Positions 9,240-18,844 of a DNA stretch of 64,000 nt are shown here, one piece after another. The position numbers and the translations under genes are program-made. Within the stretch, counting starts at the first letter, position 1. The number at the start of each line of letters is the position of its first letter. Where the stretch lies: the IMG/VR virus record IMGVR_UViG_3300009126_000404, positions 32,001 through 96,000 of that record; one strand, 5' to 3'. Source of the stretch: a virus. The notes beneath the pieces were generated by a model. The model saw nothing but the letters and a program-made list of their open reading frames with translations. It did not search any database and was not told the origin of the DNA.

Positions 9240-10333
9240 AGCAAGGCAATTATATATTTACAAGCGAAAGTGTAAGTGCAGGACATCCTGACAAAGTAGC
9301 AGACCAAATTAGTGATGCATTAGTTGATGCAGGACTTAAAAATGGTGATGAAACAACACGAGTAGCGGTAGAAACATTAGTAACTACTAATATGGTAACA
9401 GTAGCAGGCGAAGTAAAAAACTTTAATGTTACTAAAGATCAAGTAGACGACATTATTCGTAACAAAGTTAAAGAAATTGGTTATGAACAAGATGGCTTCC
9501 ATTGGGAGAAATTAAAAATTCATAATTATATACATTCACAGAGCAAAGATATTGCTCTAGGAACAGATAGTTTTGGTGCAGGAGATCAAGGAATTATGTT
9601 TGGTTATGCTTGTAATGATAACGAAGCAATGATGCCAGCACCTATTTACTATGCACATAAGATTTTAAAAGAATTAGACAATAAGCGTCGAGGTGGATAT
9701 GAATATATGTTACCAGATGCAAAATCACAAATAAGTATTCAATATGAAGGCGGCGAGCCTAAACGTGTTGATCAAATAGTAGTATCACATCAACATACAA
9801 AAGGATTTGAACATAGTATTAAAATGCCGTGCAGAAATGCGGCTGAAAAAGTATTAGGAGATTTAGTAGATGAATCAACAAATTGGTATATTAACCCTAC
9901 AGGAATATTCGAAACTGGAGGACCAGATGGTGACACAGGCCTTACTGGCAGAAAAATTATTGTGGATACTTATGGTGGGTATGCTCCTCACGGTGGCGGT
10001 GCATTTAGTGGTAAAGATCCTACAAAAGTAGATAGAAGTGCGGCGTACATAGCACGTTGGTTAGCAAAGAATGTTGTAGCTGATGAAATGGCAGACTGGT
10101 GTAGTATCCAATTAAGTTATGCAATTGGTGTAAAAGAACCTACAAGCATTTATGTAGACTCAAATGGGCATAATAGAAGTATTCAAAAGTTTATTGAGGA
10201 AAATATAGACTTAACACCAAAAGGAATCATTGACAGATTTGGATTATTTAAGTATAATGAGTATAGTAAGAATTGTGTATATGGACACTTTGGCGACAAA
10301 GATGTACCATGGGAAAGGATAGGATGGAAATGA
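9236..10333 (+). CDS. metK: S-adenosylmethionine synthetase
   Basis: FTSESVSAGHPDK, GAGDQG, GGGAFSGKDPTKVDRS signatures. Confidence 0.97.
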   Translation: MKQGNYIFTSESVSAGHPDKVADQISDALVDAGLKNGDETTRVAVETLVTTNMVTVAGEVKNFNVTKDQVDDIIRNKVKEIGYEQDGFHWEKLKIHNYIHSQSKDIALGTDSFGAGDQGIMFGYACNDNEAMMPAPIYYAHKILKELDNKRRGGYEYMLPDAKSQISIQYEGGEPKRVDQIVVSHQHTKGFEHSIKMPCRNAAEKVLGDLVDESTNWYINPTGIFETGGPDGDTGLTGRKIIVDTYGGYAPHGGGAFSGKDPTKVDRSAAYIARWLAKNVVADEMADWCSIQLSYAIGVKEPTSIYVDSNGHNRSIQKFIEENIDLTPKGIIDRFGLFKYNEYSKNCVYGHFGDKDVPWERIGWK

Positions 10334-10605
10334 GCATGTTTGATAAATTAAAGAAAATAGTTTCAAAGAACGAAAAAGAGATTTCAGCAAAAGAGCAGGC
10401 AACTGCTCGTGGAGAAGCCTACGTTAAGGTACTTGATGTTAAATTCGACAAAGATAATCCAGGTGATGGATACTTTGAATTAGAATGGAATAAAATATTT
10501 GTAAAGAAGTTACTTGATGCAGGCTACAGTGGTGACAAAGATGACGAAATTGTTGATGCATGGTTTACAGGTCTTTGTAGACAAATAGCTGACGACCAAT
10601 CTTAA
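10330..10605 (+). CDS. Hypothetical phage protein
   Basis: ATG 10330 overlapping the metK stop; 91 aa. Confidence 0.7.
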   Translation: MSMFDKLKKIVSKNEKEISAKEQATARGEAYVKVLDVKFDKDNPGDGYFELEWNKIFVKKLLDAGYSGDKDDEIVDAWFTGLCRQIADDQS

Positions 10606-10620
10606 TACATAGGATAATAT

Positions 10621-11616
10621 ATGATGAGCTACATTTTAGTAGATGCGGCTAACATGTTTTTTAGAGCAAAGCATGTAGTACGTGGCAATGATATGCAAAC
10701 AAAAGTTGGCATGAGTTTTCACATCATGTTTAATAGTATTAATAAAGTATGGCGAGAACAAAAAGGTTCGCACGTTGTTCTATGTTTAGAAGGACGTAGT
10801 TGGCGTAAAGATGTTTATGAGCCTTATAAACGTAATAGGCAAGCCACACGTGATGCTCTTACAGAAAAAGAACAAGAAGAAGATAAAGCATTTTGGGAAG
10901 CCTTTGATGAGCTACAACAATTCTTTATTAATAAAACTAATTGCACGGTATTACAACACAATGATGTAGAAGCAGATGACTTTATTGCTCGTTGGATACA
11001 AAACCATCCTAATGATAAACATTGTATAGTAAGTAGTGATGGTGACTTCTATCAACTTATCAGTGAAAACGTTAGTCAGTATAATGGAATCATGGGTCAA
11101 CTAATTACACATGAAGGTGTATTTGACGATAAGGGCAATCCTATCATAGACAAGAAAACTAAAGAGCCAAAACAAATAGGTGACCCAGAATGGATATTGT
11201 TTGAAAAATGTATCCGTGGTGATACAAGTGATAATGTATTCAGTGCATTTCCAGGTGCTCGTAAAAAAGGCACTAAGAATAAAGTTGGTATGATGGAAGC
11301 CTTTGCAGATAAAGATAATAAAGGTTTTAATTGGAATAACTTTATGTTACAACGTTGGGTGGATCATGAGAATAATGAGCACCGTGTATTAGAAGATTAC
11401 GAACGTAATAAAATACTTATTGATCTTACACAACAACCAGATGAAATTAAAGAAAAACTAGATGGAGCTATTGTAGAACAAGTACAAAAAGAATCTAAAG
11501 CAAACGTAGGTATTCATTTTATGAGATTTTGTGGTAAATGGGATTTACAAAGAGTTGTCGATAAAGCACAAGACCATTCCAATTATTTAAATTCAAGTTA
11601 TGCCAATGCAAACTAA
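10621..11616 (+). CDS. rnh: T4 RNase H-like 5'-3' exonuclease (FEN/PIN fold)
   Basis: ILVDAANMFFR, EADDFIA, SSDGDFYQL, GDTSDNV acidic motifs. Confidence 0.88.
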   Translation: MMSYILVDAANMFFRAKHVVRGNDMQTKVGMSFHIMFNSINKVWREQKGSHVVLCLEGRSWRKDVYEPYKRNRQATRDALTEKEQEEDKAFWEAFDELQQFFINKTNCTVLQHNDVEADDFIARWIQNHPNDKHCIVSSDGDFYQLISENVSQYNGIMGQLITHEGVFDDKGNPIIDKKTKEPKQIGDPEWILFEKCIRGDTSDNVFSAFPGARKKGTKNKVGMMEAFADKDNKGFNWNNFMLQRWVDHENNEHRVLEDYERNKILIDLTQQPDEIKEKLDGAIVEQVQKESKANVGIHFMRFCGKWDLQRVVDKAQDHSNYLNSSYANAN

Positions 11617-11637
11617 TTCAGTACTGAAAGGTATAAC

Positions 11638-11799
11638 CTGACGATAGAAGACGGAATATTACTGTTTATTATAGGTATGTCAATAACAGTAATAGGATTT
11701 TACATTGCATACACTATAGGTTCACGAGAACTAGAAAAAAGAACTAAACCAAAATCAATAAATCCAATAGATGAGTTTAGGGAAAGATTAGAGAAATAA
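11638..11799 (+). CDS. 53-aa single-TM membrane protein, probable CTG start (absent from the ORF track)
   Basis: GAAAGGT RBS 5 nt before CTG; (M)TIEDGILLFIIGMSITVIGFYIAYTIG then a charged tail; fills the rnh-11802 gap. Confidence 0.5.
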   Translation: MTIEDGILLFIIGMSITVIGFYIAYTIGSRELEKRTKPKSINPIDEFRERLEK

Positions 11800-11801
11800 A
11801 T

Positions 11802-11996
11802 ATGGAAAAACTATATAGAGAGTTTGAAAAATTATCAATGAAACATGACCCATTAGCGTCAGCAGGAATAATGATGGCTCAAGCACTTAAAATTTATAAG
11901 GCTATATTATCTAAAGAAGAATATGATATGATGACTGAACATATATTAGAAAGTAGAGATGATATAGTACAACTTGAGAAGCCAACATTAAATTAA
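11802..11996 (+). CDS. Small hypothetical protein
   Basis: 64-aa ORF between co-oriented genes. Confidence 0.65.
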   Translation: MEKLYREFEKLSMKHDPLASAGIMMAQALKIYKAILSKEEYDMMTEHILESRDDIVQLEKPTLN

Positions 11997-12006
11997 TAGG
12001 TAATAA

Positions 12007-13452
12007 ATGAAAATTAATATTATAGGTGGTGGTACAAGTGGTTGGTGGACTGCTGGCTATCTAAGAAAAAATCATCCTGAGTTAGAAATAACACTAATAG
12101 AATCTCCTAGAATTCCTACACTCGGTGTAGGTGAAAGTACTCAGCCAAATGTTCGTGCGTTCTTTGAAGAATTAGAAATATCAGAAGCCGATTGGATTAA
12201 ATCATGTAGTGGTGTTAGAAAGCAGGGTAATATGAAATCTAACTTCAAACATGTCGGCGATGAACCTTTTAACTTTATGTTTATACACACTGGTTGGGAC
12301 GAATGGTTTCAAAAGTATAAAAAAGGTGAAGTAGAAAGAAACAGTATCTACGACCAATACAATCCGGATGACTGGAGAGGATTTGCATATCACATTGATG
12401 CTTTACAAGCATGGCAAATTGTAAAAGAATATACAAAAGATATTAATCATATATATGCAGAAGTAACCAGAGATACTCTCCCAGAAGCAGACTTACATAT
12501 AGACTGTACTGGATTTCGCCGGGCTCTTATACCAGATAAGACATTACATAGATATCCAGATACACTTAATAACTCTTGCGTTGTGAGACGAGTAGAAGAA
12601 GATACAAAAAATCATACTGAAACCATAGGGCGAGATTATGGATGGGAGTTTAACGTGTATCTAAGCGACAGGAGAGTCGGCTGTGGCTACGTTTTCAATC
12701 AAGACATGATAAGTGTAGACCAAGCAAAAGAAGAATATATGAAAAACAACGGACATAGAAAGTTCTTAAGTGATTTTCTACTGTTAGAATGGGAACCTGG
12801 TAGACTTGAACGTTCATGGCAAGGTGATACTGTAGCAGTAGGATTAAGCAGTGGATTTGTAGATCCATTGGAAGCCAACGCATTAAGTCTGCTTATTCAT
12901 CAAATTAGAACATTATCTAAGGTACTTCATAAACCTAACAGAGAAAAGATATACAATAGAGCAGTGGCAAAAGTACAGGATGAAGCCGCTCTCTTTATTT
13001 GGTGTCATTTTGCATGTTCTTCCCGAAATGATACACCATACTGGCAACATTATTATGCCCTTGATGGTGAATCAGTTTTATGGGACCGTGTTAGTAAAAA
13101 TACCAACTTAGAATTAAACATGTTTCCGTCTTACGTATACGAATACCTTGCTATATATTATGACCTTGTAAAAAGAGAATATAATAAAGATAATTTAGTC
13201 GAAAGACTTAGAAAGGAACAGTTAGTAGTTACATTTACTAAACTAAATGGTGATAAAAGAATTATGACTTGCACGTTAAATCCTAAATTTATTCCAGAAG
13301 ATCAAATGCCCAAATCTAATAAACCTACAAAAACTCTTAGTGAAAAACAATTAGAAAACATTGGTGTTTATGATATTAATGCAAAGGCTTGGCGTAGTTT
13401 TAAGGTTAATAGAGTTACTGATGTACAAACACATGAACAACTTAAAGATTAA
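12007..13452 (+). CDS. Tryptophan-halogenase-like flavoprotein fused to a C-terminal WYL_2/Sm-like SH3 domain
   Basis: GGGTSG, GVGEST, conserved Lys (GVRKQG), GFVDPLEA; last ~85 aa VTFTKLNGDKRIMTCTL...VYDINAKAWRSF. Confidence 0.8.
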   Translation: MKINIIGGGTSGWWTAGYLRKNHPELEITLIESPRIPTLGVGESTQPNVRAFFEELEISEADWIKSCSGVRKQGNMKSNFKHVGDEPFNFMFIHTGWDEWFQKYKKGEVERNSIYDQYNPDDWRGFAYHIDALQAWQIVKEYTKDINHIYAEVTRDTLPEADLHIDCTGFRRALIPDKTLHRYPDTLNNSCVVRRVEEDTKNHTETIGRDYGWEFNVYLSDRRVGCGYVFNQDMISVDQAKEEYMKNNGHRKFLSDFLLLEWEPGRLERSWQGDTVAVGLSSGFVDPLEANALSLLIHQIRTLSKVLHKPNREKIYNRAVAKVQDEAALFIWCHFACSSRNDTPYWQHYYALDGESVLWDRVSKNTNLELNMFPSYVYEYLAIYYDLVKREYNKDNLVERLRKEQLVVTFTKLNGDKRIMTCTLNPKFIPEDQMPKSNKPTKTLSEKQLENIGVYDINAKAWRSFKVNRVTDVQTHEQLKD

Positions 13453-13882
13453 AGAAATTATAAAAGAAAAATACTGGATAGTAGAAAGTCAATTCGGTAA
13501 AGTAGGTACCTTACGTAAAGTAGATAAAGGATATGAGTTCTTTGATCAGAATAATAACACTACAGAACTATTAAATAGCCTTACAGGCTTCAAATCCGTT
13601 AATACAGCAGAGATCGGTGGCGACCTGCAAGTGTATAAAGGGTTACCAACGAACACGAGTATTTTACACCCTGTAGAGCATGAAACATTGCCATTGTTTA
13701 AAAAAGCCAAAAATGGTAAAACTATATTTGTTGCAGGTTATTACATTTTAAAATACGAAGGTATGGGTTGGCAACATGCATTTTGTCCTAAATTAGAAAC
13801 CATAAATAAGTATGAGCATAGAGGACCATATTTCACAGAATGGGATATGAATTTAAACTTAAGAAAGGCAAAACAAGAATGA
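13433..13882 (+). CDS. Hypothetical phage protein
   Basis: Start re-placed at ATG 13433; coupled to both neighbours. Confidence 0.7.
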   Translation: MNNLKIKEIIKEKYWIVESQFGKVGTLRKVDKGYEFFDQNNNTTELLNSLTGFKSVNTAEIGGDLQVYKGLPTNTSILHPVEHETLPLFKKAKNGKTIFVAGYYILKYEGMGWQHAFCPKLETINKYEHRGPYFTEWDMNLNLRKAKQE

Positions 13883-14328
13883 ATATAAGATTTAGTTATG
13901 TAATAGGAACATTTTTACTTCTACTTTTAGTGCTACCAACATTTGCTTCAAGCAATGCTGAAGCACAACCAATGAATCCAAGTACATTATTAGAGACACC
14001 CAATGCAGTAGAAGACCAAACAGAACCAGAAGCTACTCCAGAAGATGTACCTCAAATATCTCAATGGAAATATTTAAATAGACAAATATTATGTAACACA
14101 ATACAAGTTATAAAAACTATATTAACAACTCGCGGTCAAGAGTTACTTGTAACAGGACATAAACCACCAGAATACGTACCAAGTGATCCATTTGACGCAA
14201 TTATTATTACTAGAAATCCGGAAACAATGGAATATACTATTCTAATAGTAAAAACTGATCAAAACCTAGCTTGTGTAATTGCATCTGGCACAAGTATGAA
14301 GACAATAGAAGAAATGGAACAAGAATAG
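13879..14328 (+). CDS. Exported hypothetical protein
   Basis: Signal peptide MNIRFSYVIGTFLLLLLVLPTFA; two Cys; ATGA overlap. Confidence 0.7.
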   Translation: MNIRFSYVIGTFLLLLLVLPTFASSNAEAQPMNPSTLLETPNAVEDQTEPEATPEDVPQISQWKYLNRQILCNTIQVIKTILTTRGQELLVTGHKPPEYVPSDPFDAIIITRNPETMEYTILIVKTDQNLACVIASGTSMKTIEEMEQE

Positions 14329-14372
14329 TTATGAATTAAACCATTAACTGGTGTTTTTTCGGCAAGTATTGC

Positions 14373-14378
14373 TAAATA
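14373..14378 (+). promoter_or_regulatory. Candidate T4-late-like promoter (TAAATA)
   Basis: GCTAAATACATG in the intergenic gap, 22 nt before ATG 14401, with AGGAGA RBS; the motif is common in AT-rich DNA. Confidence 0.4.
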
Positions 14379-14400
14379 CATGTAACAGGAGAAACATTTA

Positions 14401-14694
14401 ATGGCACGACCAAAACCTACAATTATACTTGATCAGGTAGATAAAAGTTATAATAGTGAACAAATTTTAAAAGCAGATGCGATATACGCAGTATATTACG
14501 AAGGGAATCCGATTAATTTAAGAACAATGAATACATTAGTAAATTATCCTGGTCCAAAATATAAGAAGGTAAGTTTCTCAAATAGTGGACATGCATTTAA
14601 CCTAGCAGATAGACTTAATAAAAAGTTTAATACTGACTTGTTTAGTGTAATGAAATTAATAAACGGTGAAACAGTCACGAGAGATTCAAAATAG
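14401..14694 (+). CDS. Hypothetical phage protein (MARPKP...)
   Basis: 97 aa; strong AGGAGA RBS. Confidence 0.8.
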   Translation: MARPKPTIILDQVDKSYNSEQILKADAIYAVYYEGNPINLRTMNTLVNYPGPKYKKVSFSNSGHAFNLADRLNKKFNTDLFSVMKLINGETVTRDSK

Positions 14695-14983
14695 TCAAGC
14701 TAAGTTAATTAGTTTGATAGAACGTGACAGTTTGAAACCGAAAGAAATATTTAAAAATACACATACTTTACGTTTAACAAAGTATGGAAAAAACTTATTA
14801 AGTAAAAAATATGACGCTTACCAATTTGAATCTCCAAAGTTAAGTGCCAAAAACCTTATTAACCTTTTACGAAAAATGAGATATCCTTACTATGTTGACA
14901 AGAGTATAATAGTTTTGTTTACAGAGAAAGATGCATTTGTAGTAAAACTAGCTGGAGCCCAAGGGTGGTTAGATGGCAAATAG
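14666..14983 (+). CDS. Basic hypothetical protein
   Basis: 105-aa ORF in a coupled run; start uncertain. Confidence 0.65.
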   Translation: MKQSREIQNSQAKLISLIERDSLKPKEIFKNTHTLRLTKYGKNLLSKKYDAYQFESPKLSAKNLINLLRKMRYPYYVDKSIIVLFTEKDAFVVKLAGAQGWLDGK

Positions 14984-15182
14984 AAATAATAAAGTAGAAA
15001 TACCAGATACCATAGTAGTACACTGTACTGATAATGATCAAGACGTAGAAGTGGAATACATATCTCAATACAACGATATAATAAGAACAAGTCTACAAGG
15101 AATACCATTAAACTTTAAACATCATAGAGCAAACATATACGTTGCAAACGCCCATGGTAGAGAATTTGTAATGAAATTATGA
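14973..15182 (+). CDS. Small hypothetical protein
   Basis: 69 aa; overlaps both neighbours. Confidence 0.65.
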   Translation: MANRNNKVEIPDTIVVHCTDNDQDVEVEYISQYNDIIRTSLQGIPLNFKHHRANIYVANAHGREFVMKL

Positions 15183-15487
15183 GCAAGTTAGACTTACATG
15201 GTTATAAAATTCATGATGCTTGGAAAGAGTTTTCTAAGCACGTAACTGAATGTTACTTTAATAATATTAAGCAAACTACAATAATTACAGGGCAAGGCAA
15301 AATAGCAGAAGAAATAATAGCATGGGTACATGCAAATCAATATTGTAAAACAGCTGAACGCAACGATAATAATAGTGGTGCAGTTGTAGTACATATCAGA
15401 AAAAATAAAGATAATCAAACGGCTAGTACTATAGAAAAGCCTAAAGTAGACTTATCGCCTTTATTAAAAAAATTTGGAAGTTATTAA
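15179..15487 (+). CDS. Stand-alone Smr (small MutS-related) domain protein
   Basis: KLDLHG, IITGQG, NSGAVVVHI motifs. Confidence 0.8.
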   Translation: MSKLDLHGYKIHDAWKEFSKHVTECYFNNIKQTTIITGQGKIAEEIIAWVHANQYCKTAERNDNNSGAVVVHIRKNKDNQTASTIEKPKVDLSPLLKKFGSY

Positions 15488-15488
15488 T

Positions 15489-16199
15489 ATGAAAAAGATG
15501 TTTACGTTTGAAACTATGAAAATAGGAATATTTGGCGATAGTTTTGCAGAAGATGATTATGACGAATCGTCACATGGGTGGGCGTGGCATGTTAGCAAAA
15601 ACCTCCCTAAAGCACATATAGATAATTATGGAAAAGGTGCATCAAGTATATACTTTACTTATAGTAAGTTCCTAAAAGAGCATACCAAGTATGATCGAGT
15701 TATTGTTTTTGGTACTGACATCAGTAGGTTATATCTTCCAGACATGCCAACACACTGGCGGATAAACCATGTATGTGGCCCTGGCCACTTTGATGAAGGA
15801 AGTGAAAGCTGGCTAAGATGGCAAGAAACTGGTACCTTCAACATTACCAATGTCCCTGATGAAATTAGAGAAGCAATAACCTTATATTACAAACATATTA
15901 TAAACTATGATCAAGAGAACAAAATGCGAGAGTTAATGATTACTGACATGCAAAAGTTAAGACCAGATATGCTATATTTTGATTGCTTTTATGAAACAAC
16001 ACGATTTTCAAAACATCTACCAATTGTAGAGATTTCAACTCTTGAAATTCCCGAATCATTTGGACAAGGGCCTTTCATAGATAACCGAAAAAATCATATG
16101 AATGAAGAAAATAATAGAATTTTTGGAGAAAAAGTTACAAATTGGATAAACACATCTCAATTTGAAATGAATATAACTGAATTTACTAAAGGAGACTAA
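15489..16199 (+). CDS. SGNH/GDSL-like hydrolase or acyltransferase
   Basis: IGIFGDSF block I, NYGKGASS block II, DNRKNH near the C-terminus; paralog of 47369-48196. Confidence 0.55.
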   Translation: MKKMFTFETMKIGIFGDSFAEDDYDESSHGWAWHVSKNLPKAHIDNYGKGASSIYFTYSKFLKEHTKYDRVIVFGTDISRLYLPDMPTHWRINHVCGPGHFDEGSESWLRWQETGTFNITNVPDEIREAITLYYKHIINYDQENKMRELMITDMQKLRPDMLYFDCFYETTRFSKHLPIVEISTLEIPESFGQGPFIDNRKNHMNEENNRIFGEKVTNWINTSQFEMNITEFTKGD

Positions 16200-16201
16200 T
16201 T

Positions 16202-16291
16202 ATGATACTTAAACATTTTATTATATTTTGGATAGTTATAATTACAATATGTATTGTGTTAGGAATATATAAAGAAGTTCTTATATTATGA
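16202..16291 (+). CDS. 29-aa transmembrane micropeptide (absent from the ORF track)
   Basis: AAAGGAG RBS; MILKHFIIFWIVIITICIVLGIYKEVLIL; ATGA overlap with the methyltransferase. Confidence 0.55.
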   Translation: MILKHFIIFWIVIITICIVLGIYKEVLIL

Positions 16292-17040
16292 GAATAAACA
16301 AAAAAATAACTAAAGATCTGACAAACTTTATACAAACGCGATATGGTATTAGTGTAGATGATTTTGAACATAAATTTCCAGAATTATTTAAAAGTTTTCT
16401 AAAATTACAATATTGGTTAGATGAAGTAGTATTGGAACGATATTTTAGCGACACACCTGCTAAAGATGGTGGCACTGATGGTACTTATTTTGATGGATGG
16501 AAACAAAAATTAAAATGGGATACTCGCAGAACAGGACAGCAATTACTAGATAAAATTAATGATATACAAGACCTAACTCCTGATGTTCCACTTAAAATAC
16601 TTGACGTTGGATGCGGTGAAAACGAATGGAAAAAGCATTTAGGTGCAAGAGTAATTGGAATAGATCCATATCACAGTAAAGCAGACTTTAAAATAGGAAT
16701 AGTAGAATATGCCGCAAATCGTACGGCATATCTCGACATAATACTAGCATTAGGCAGTATTAATTTTGGTGATAAAAAAGTAATAGAACAACAAATATCC
16801 AATATAGTAAAATTAGTAAAACCTGGTGGTAAAATCTTTTGGCGATGTAATCCAGGTATCACACATGATAATCCACATGCACAATGGATTGACTTTTTTC
16901 CATGGTCAGAAGAGTATATAAATGACGTAGCAAAACGTGTTAAATGTACTGTTAATGAAATTGGTTGGGATCACCCAGAAGACGATACCCCACCCGAATG
17001 GGGCAACAGACTATATAGCGAATGGACTAGAGATGAATGA
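16288..17040 (+). CDS. Class I SAM-dependent methyltransferase
   Basis: KILDVGCG motif I, IGIDPY, ALGSINF, KPGGKIF. Confidence 0.85.
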   Translation: MRINKKITKDLTNFIQTRYGISVDDFEHKFPELFKSFLKLQYWLDEVVLERYFSDTPAKDGGTDGTYFDGWKQKLKWDTRRTGQQLLDKINDIQDLTPDVPLKILDVGCGENEWKKHLGARVIGIDPYHSKADFKIGIVEYAANRTAYLDIILALGSINFGDKKVIEQQISNIVKLVKPGGKIFWRCNPGITHDNPHAQWIDFFPWSEEYINDVAKRVKCTVNEIGWDHPEDDTPPEWGNRLYSEWTRDE

Positions 17041-17846
17041 GCAGAATAGATTATGAATTATTCAGCGAAGAAGATTTTAATGCATGTTTGAGCTCTATTC
17101 GAGAAAAATACAGTTGCACTTTTAATTTTATTCCAAACGTAAGTATTTCAGAAGTACACAATAAATTTCCAGATGCTAGTAGGTCAGGCTCAGCATTTAA
17201 TACTGGTGTACCTGGTGGTTTTTATAAACTTATTAACAACTTAATTGACAGAATAATAGACAACGAAAATACATATTTGCAAATAAGTTATCCTCCTATT
17301 GATTTTAAAAAGCAAGATGCACTTAGAAATATATTAGATTTGTATATTATGTACAATAGTTATAACAAAGAATCATTAATGCCAATTGTAATAACACGAA
17401 CAAATGAATGGACTCTTATACATCCAGGAAATACAAGAGTAGCAATGGCACAATATAAAAAGTTTAAAGATTGTACTGTTGATGTAGTTTTAATAGATCA
17501 CTCTACTACACCCGTTAAAGACAATATAAGTTTTAATAACTTTCCTTATGGTATTATGCTAACTGAATGGCTGAATGATGAACATAGAAAAATAGAATTA
17601 TTTGCACCAAAAGAATTACATGAAATATTTTCTTACGGATTACTCAACGAATATCAAATAAAATATATAAATGACACTTTATTTTTAAATGATATTAAAG
17701 TAGTAAAACTTCATCATGCAGATAAGCATGTTGAATTCTTTAGTGGAGTATATAAAGATCTTAGAACAGAAGGATGTATGCCTGAAGATATTCAGCGAAG
17801 AATAGAAAACTCGCTAAATATTGTTAATGCAAATAAAAAGACTTAG
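17037..17846 (+). CDS. Hypothetical protein (weak ParB-like IHPGNTR motif)
   Basis: 269-aa ORF with ATGA overlap; function not established. Confidence 0.6.
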   Translation: MSRIDYELFSEEDFNACLSSIREKYSCTFNFIPNVSISEVHNKFPDASRSGSAFNTGVPGGFYKLINNLIDRIIDNENTYLQISYPPIDFKKQDALRNILDLYIMYNSYNKESLMPIVITRTNEWTLIHPGNTRVAMAQYKKFKDCTVDVVLIDHSTTPVKDNISFNNFPYGIMLTEWLNDEHRKIELFAPKELHEIFSYGLLNEYQIKYINDTLFLNDIKVVKLHHADKHVEFFSGVYKDLRTEGCMPEDIQRRIENSLNIVNANKKT

Positions 17847-18798
17847 TTTAGAAATATTCGGCGGATGTAATTTCTCCTGTAAAATGTGTCCACAAGGCAA
17901 AGATAACAACGGCCGACAACAAGATTTCTTAAAATTACTTCCATTTAAACTATTTGAAAAAATATTAGATGATGCCTCCCAATATGGAGTACAAGTAGTA
18001 AACATAGAAGGTAGCGGAGAAGCAACATTAAATAAACATATTGTAAAGTATATCGAAGCAGTTAAAAAAAGAGATATGCTACCTTTACTTTATACAAATG
18101 GGTTACTTGTAAAAGGTAAATTAATGCATGATATGTTTAATGCAGGATTATATATTTGTAGATTCAGTGATATTGGGTATGATGCAGAAACATATAAGAA
18201 CTGGATGCAAATAGATGCATTTAACACTATTATAAAACATGCAAACGAAGCACTTAATTATGTACAACAACAAAACATTGATGCAGTCATAAGCAGTTAT
18301 CATTTAATAATTGACAATGATCGTACTGAATGGGAAATAGAACAGTATAAAAAGAATTTTATTGAACCAGCAGGTACAGAAGCAGAAATATGGAAAATGC
18401 ATAATTGGGCAGGACAAATTGATAGTAATACCAGACAAGGTACAGTAAGTTCATGTGGTAGACCTTTTAGTCCAGACCTAACAATACGTGCAGGCGGATT
18501 AAATGGAAAAAATGGAGCAGTTGTTCCGTGCTGTCAAACAATGGGAGCACCAAAAGAAAGTAAAAGTGTATTAGGTCATTTGCAAGACAATACAATTGAA
18601 GAAATATTTAATGGTGAAGAATATAATAACCTTAGAGAAGCACATACAACTGGTAATTATGAACAAGTACCTTATTGTTTAGATTGTGACTTCTTAATAC
18701 ATGATCCGAATGTGTTAGTATATACAAATAATCCGGAACGTGTTAAAATAGGAAACATGAAGGCGACAGATATCAGCCTACGAGATCTAAGGTTTTAG
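17827..18798 (+). CDS. Radical SAM protein with C-terminal SPASM/twitch domain
   Basis: CNFSCKMC, GSGE, TNG; C-terminal CGRPF...VVPCC...CLDC. Confidence 0.9.
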   Translation: MQIKRLSLEIFGGCNFSCKMCPQGKDNNGRQQDFLKLLPFKLFEKILDDASQYGVQVVNIEGSGEATLNKHIVKYIEAVKKRDMLPLLYTNGLLVKGKLMHDMFNAGLYICRFSDIGYDAETYKNWMQIDAFNTIIKHANEALNYVQQQNIDAVISSYHLIIDNDRTEWEIEQYKKNFIEPAGTEAEIWKMHNWAGQIDSNTRQGTVSSCGRPFSPDLTIRAGGLNGKNGAVVPCCQTMGAPKESKSVLGHLQDNTIEEIFNGEEYNNLREAHTTGNYEQVPYCLDCDFLIHDPNVLVYTNNPERVKIGNMKATDISLRDLRF

Positions 18799-18844
18799 CG
18801 GTAAAATTAGTAAAACTAGAGTTTAATAAAAGCAGTAATAGTGG

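Noticed and set aside
11796-11802. ATAAATA at the 11799/11802 junction and copies inside coding regions
   Set aside because: Explained by the stop-start junction or AT-rich chance; not counted as promoters.
14340-14360. Possible terminator ACCA-TTAAC-TGGT followed by a T run
   Set aside because: The 4-5 bp stem is too weak to support.
17037-17846. ParB/Srx nuclease assignment
   Set aside because: Only a short IHPGNTR resemblance; insufficient without a profile search.
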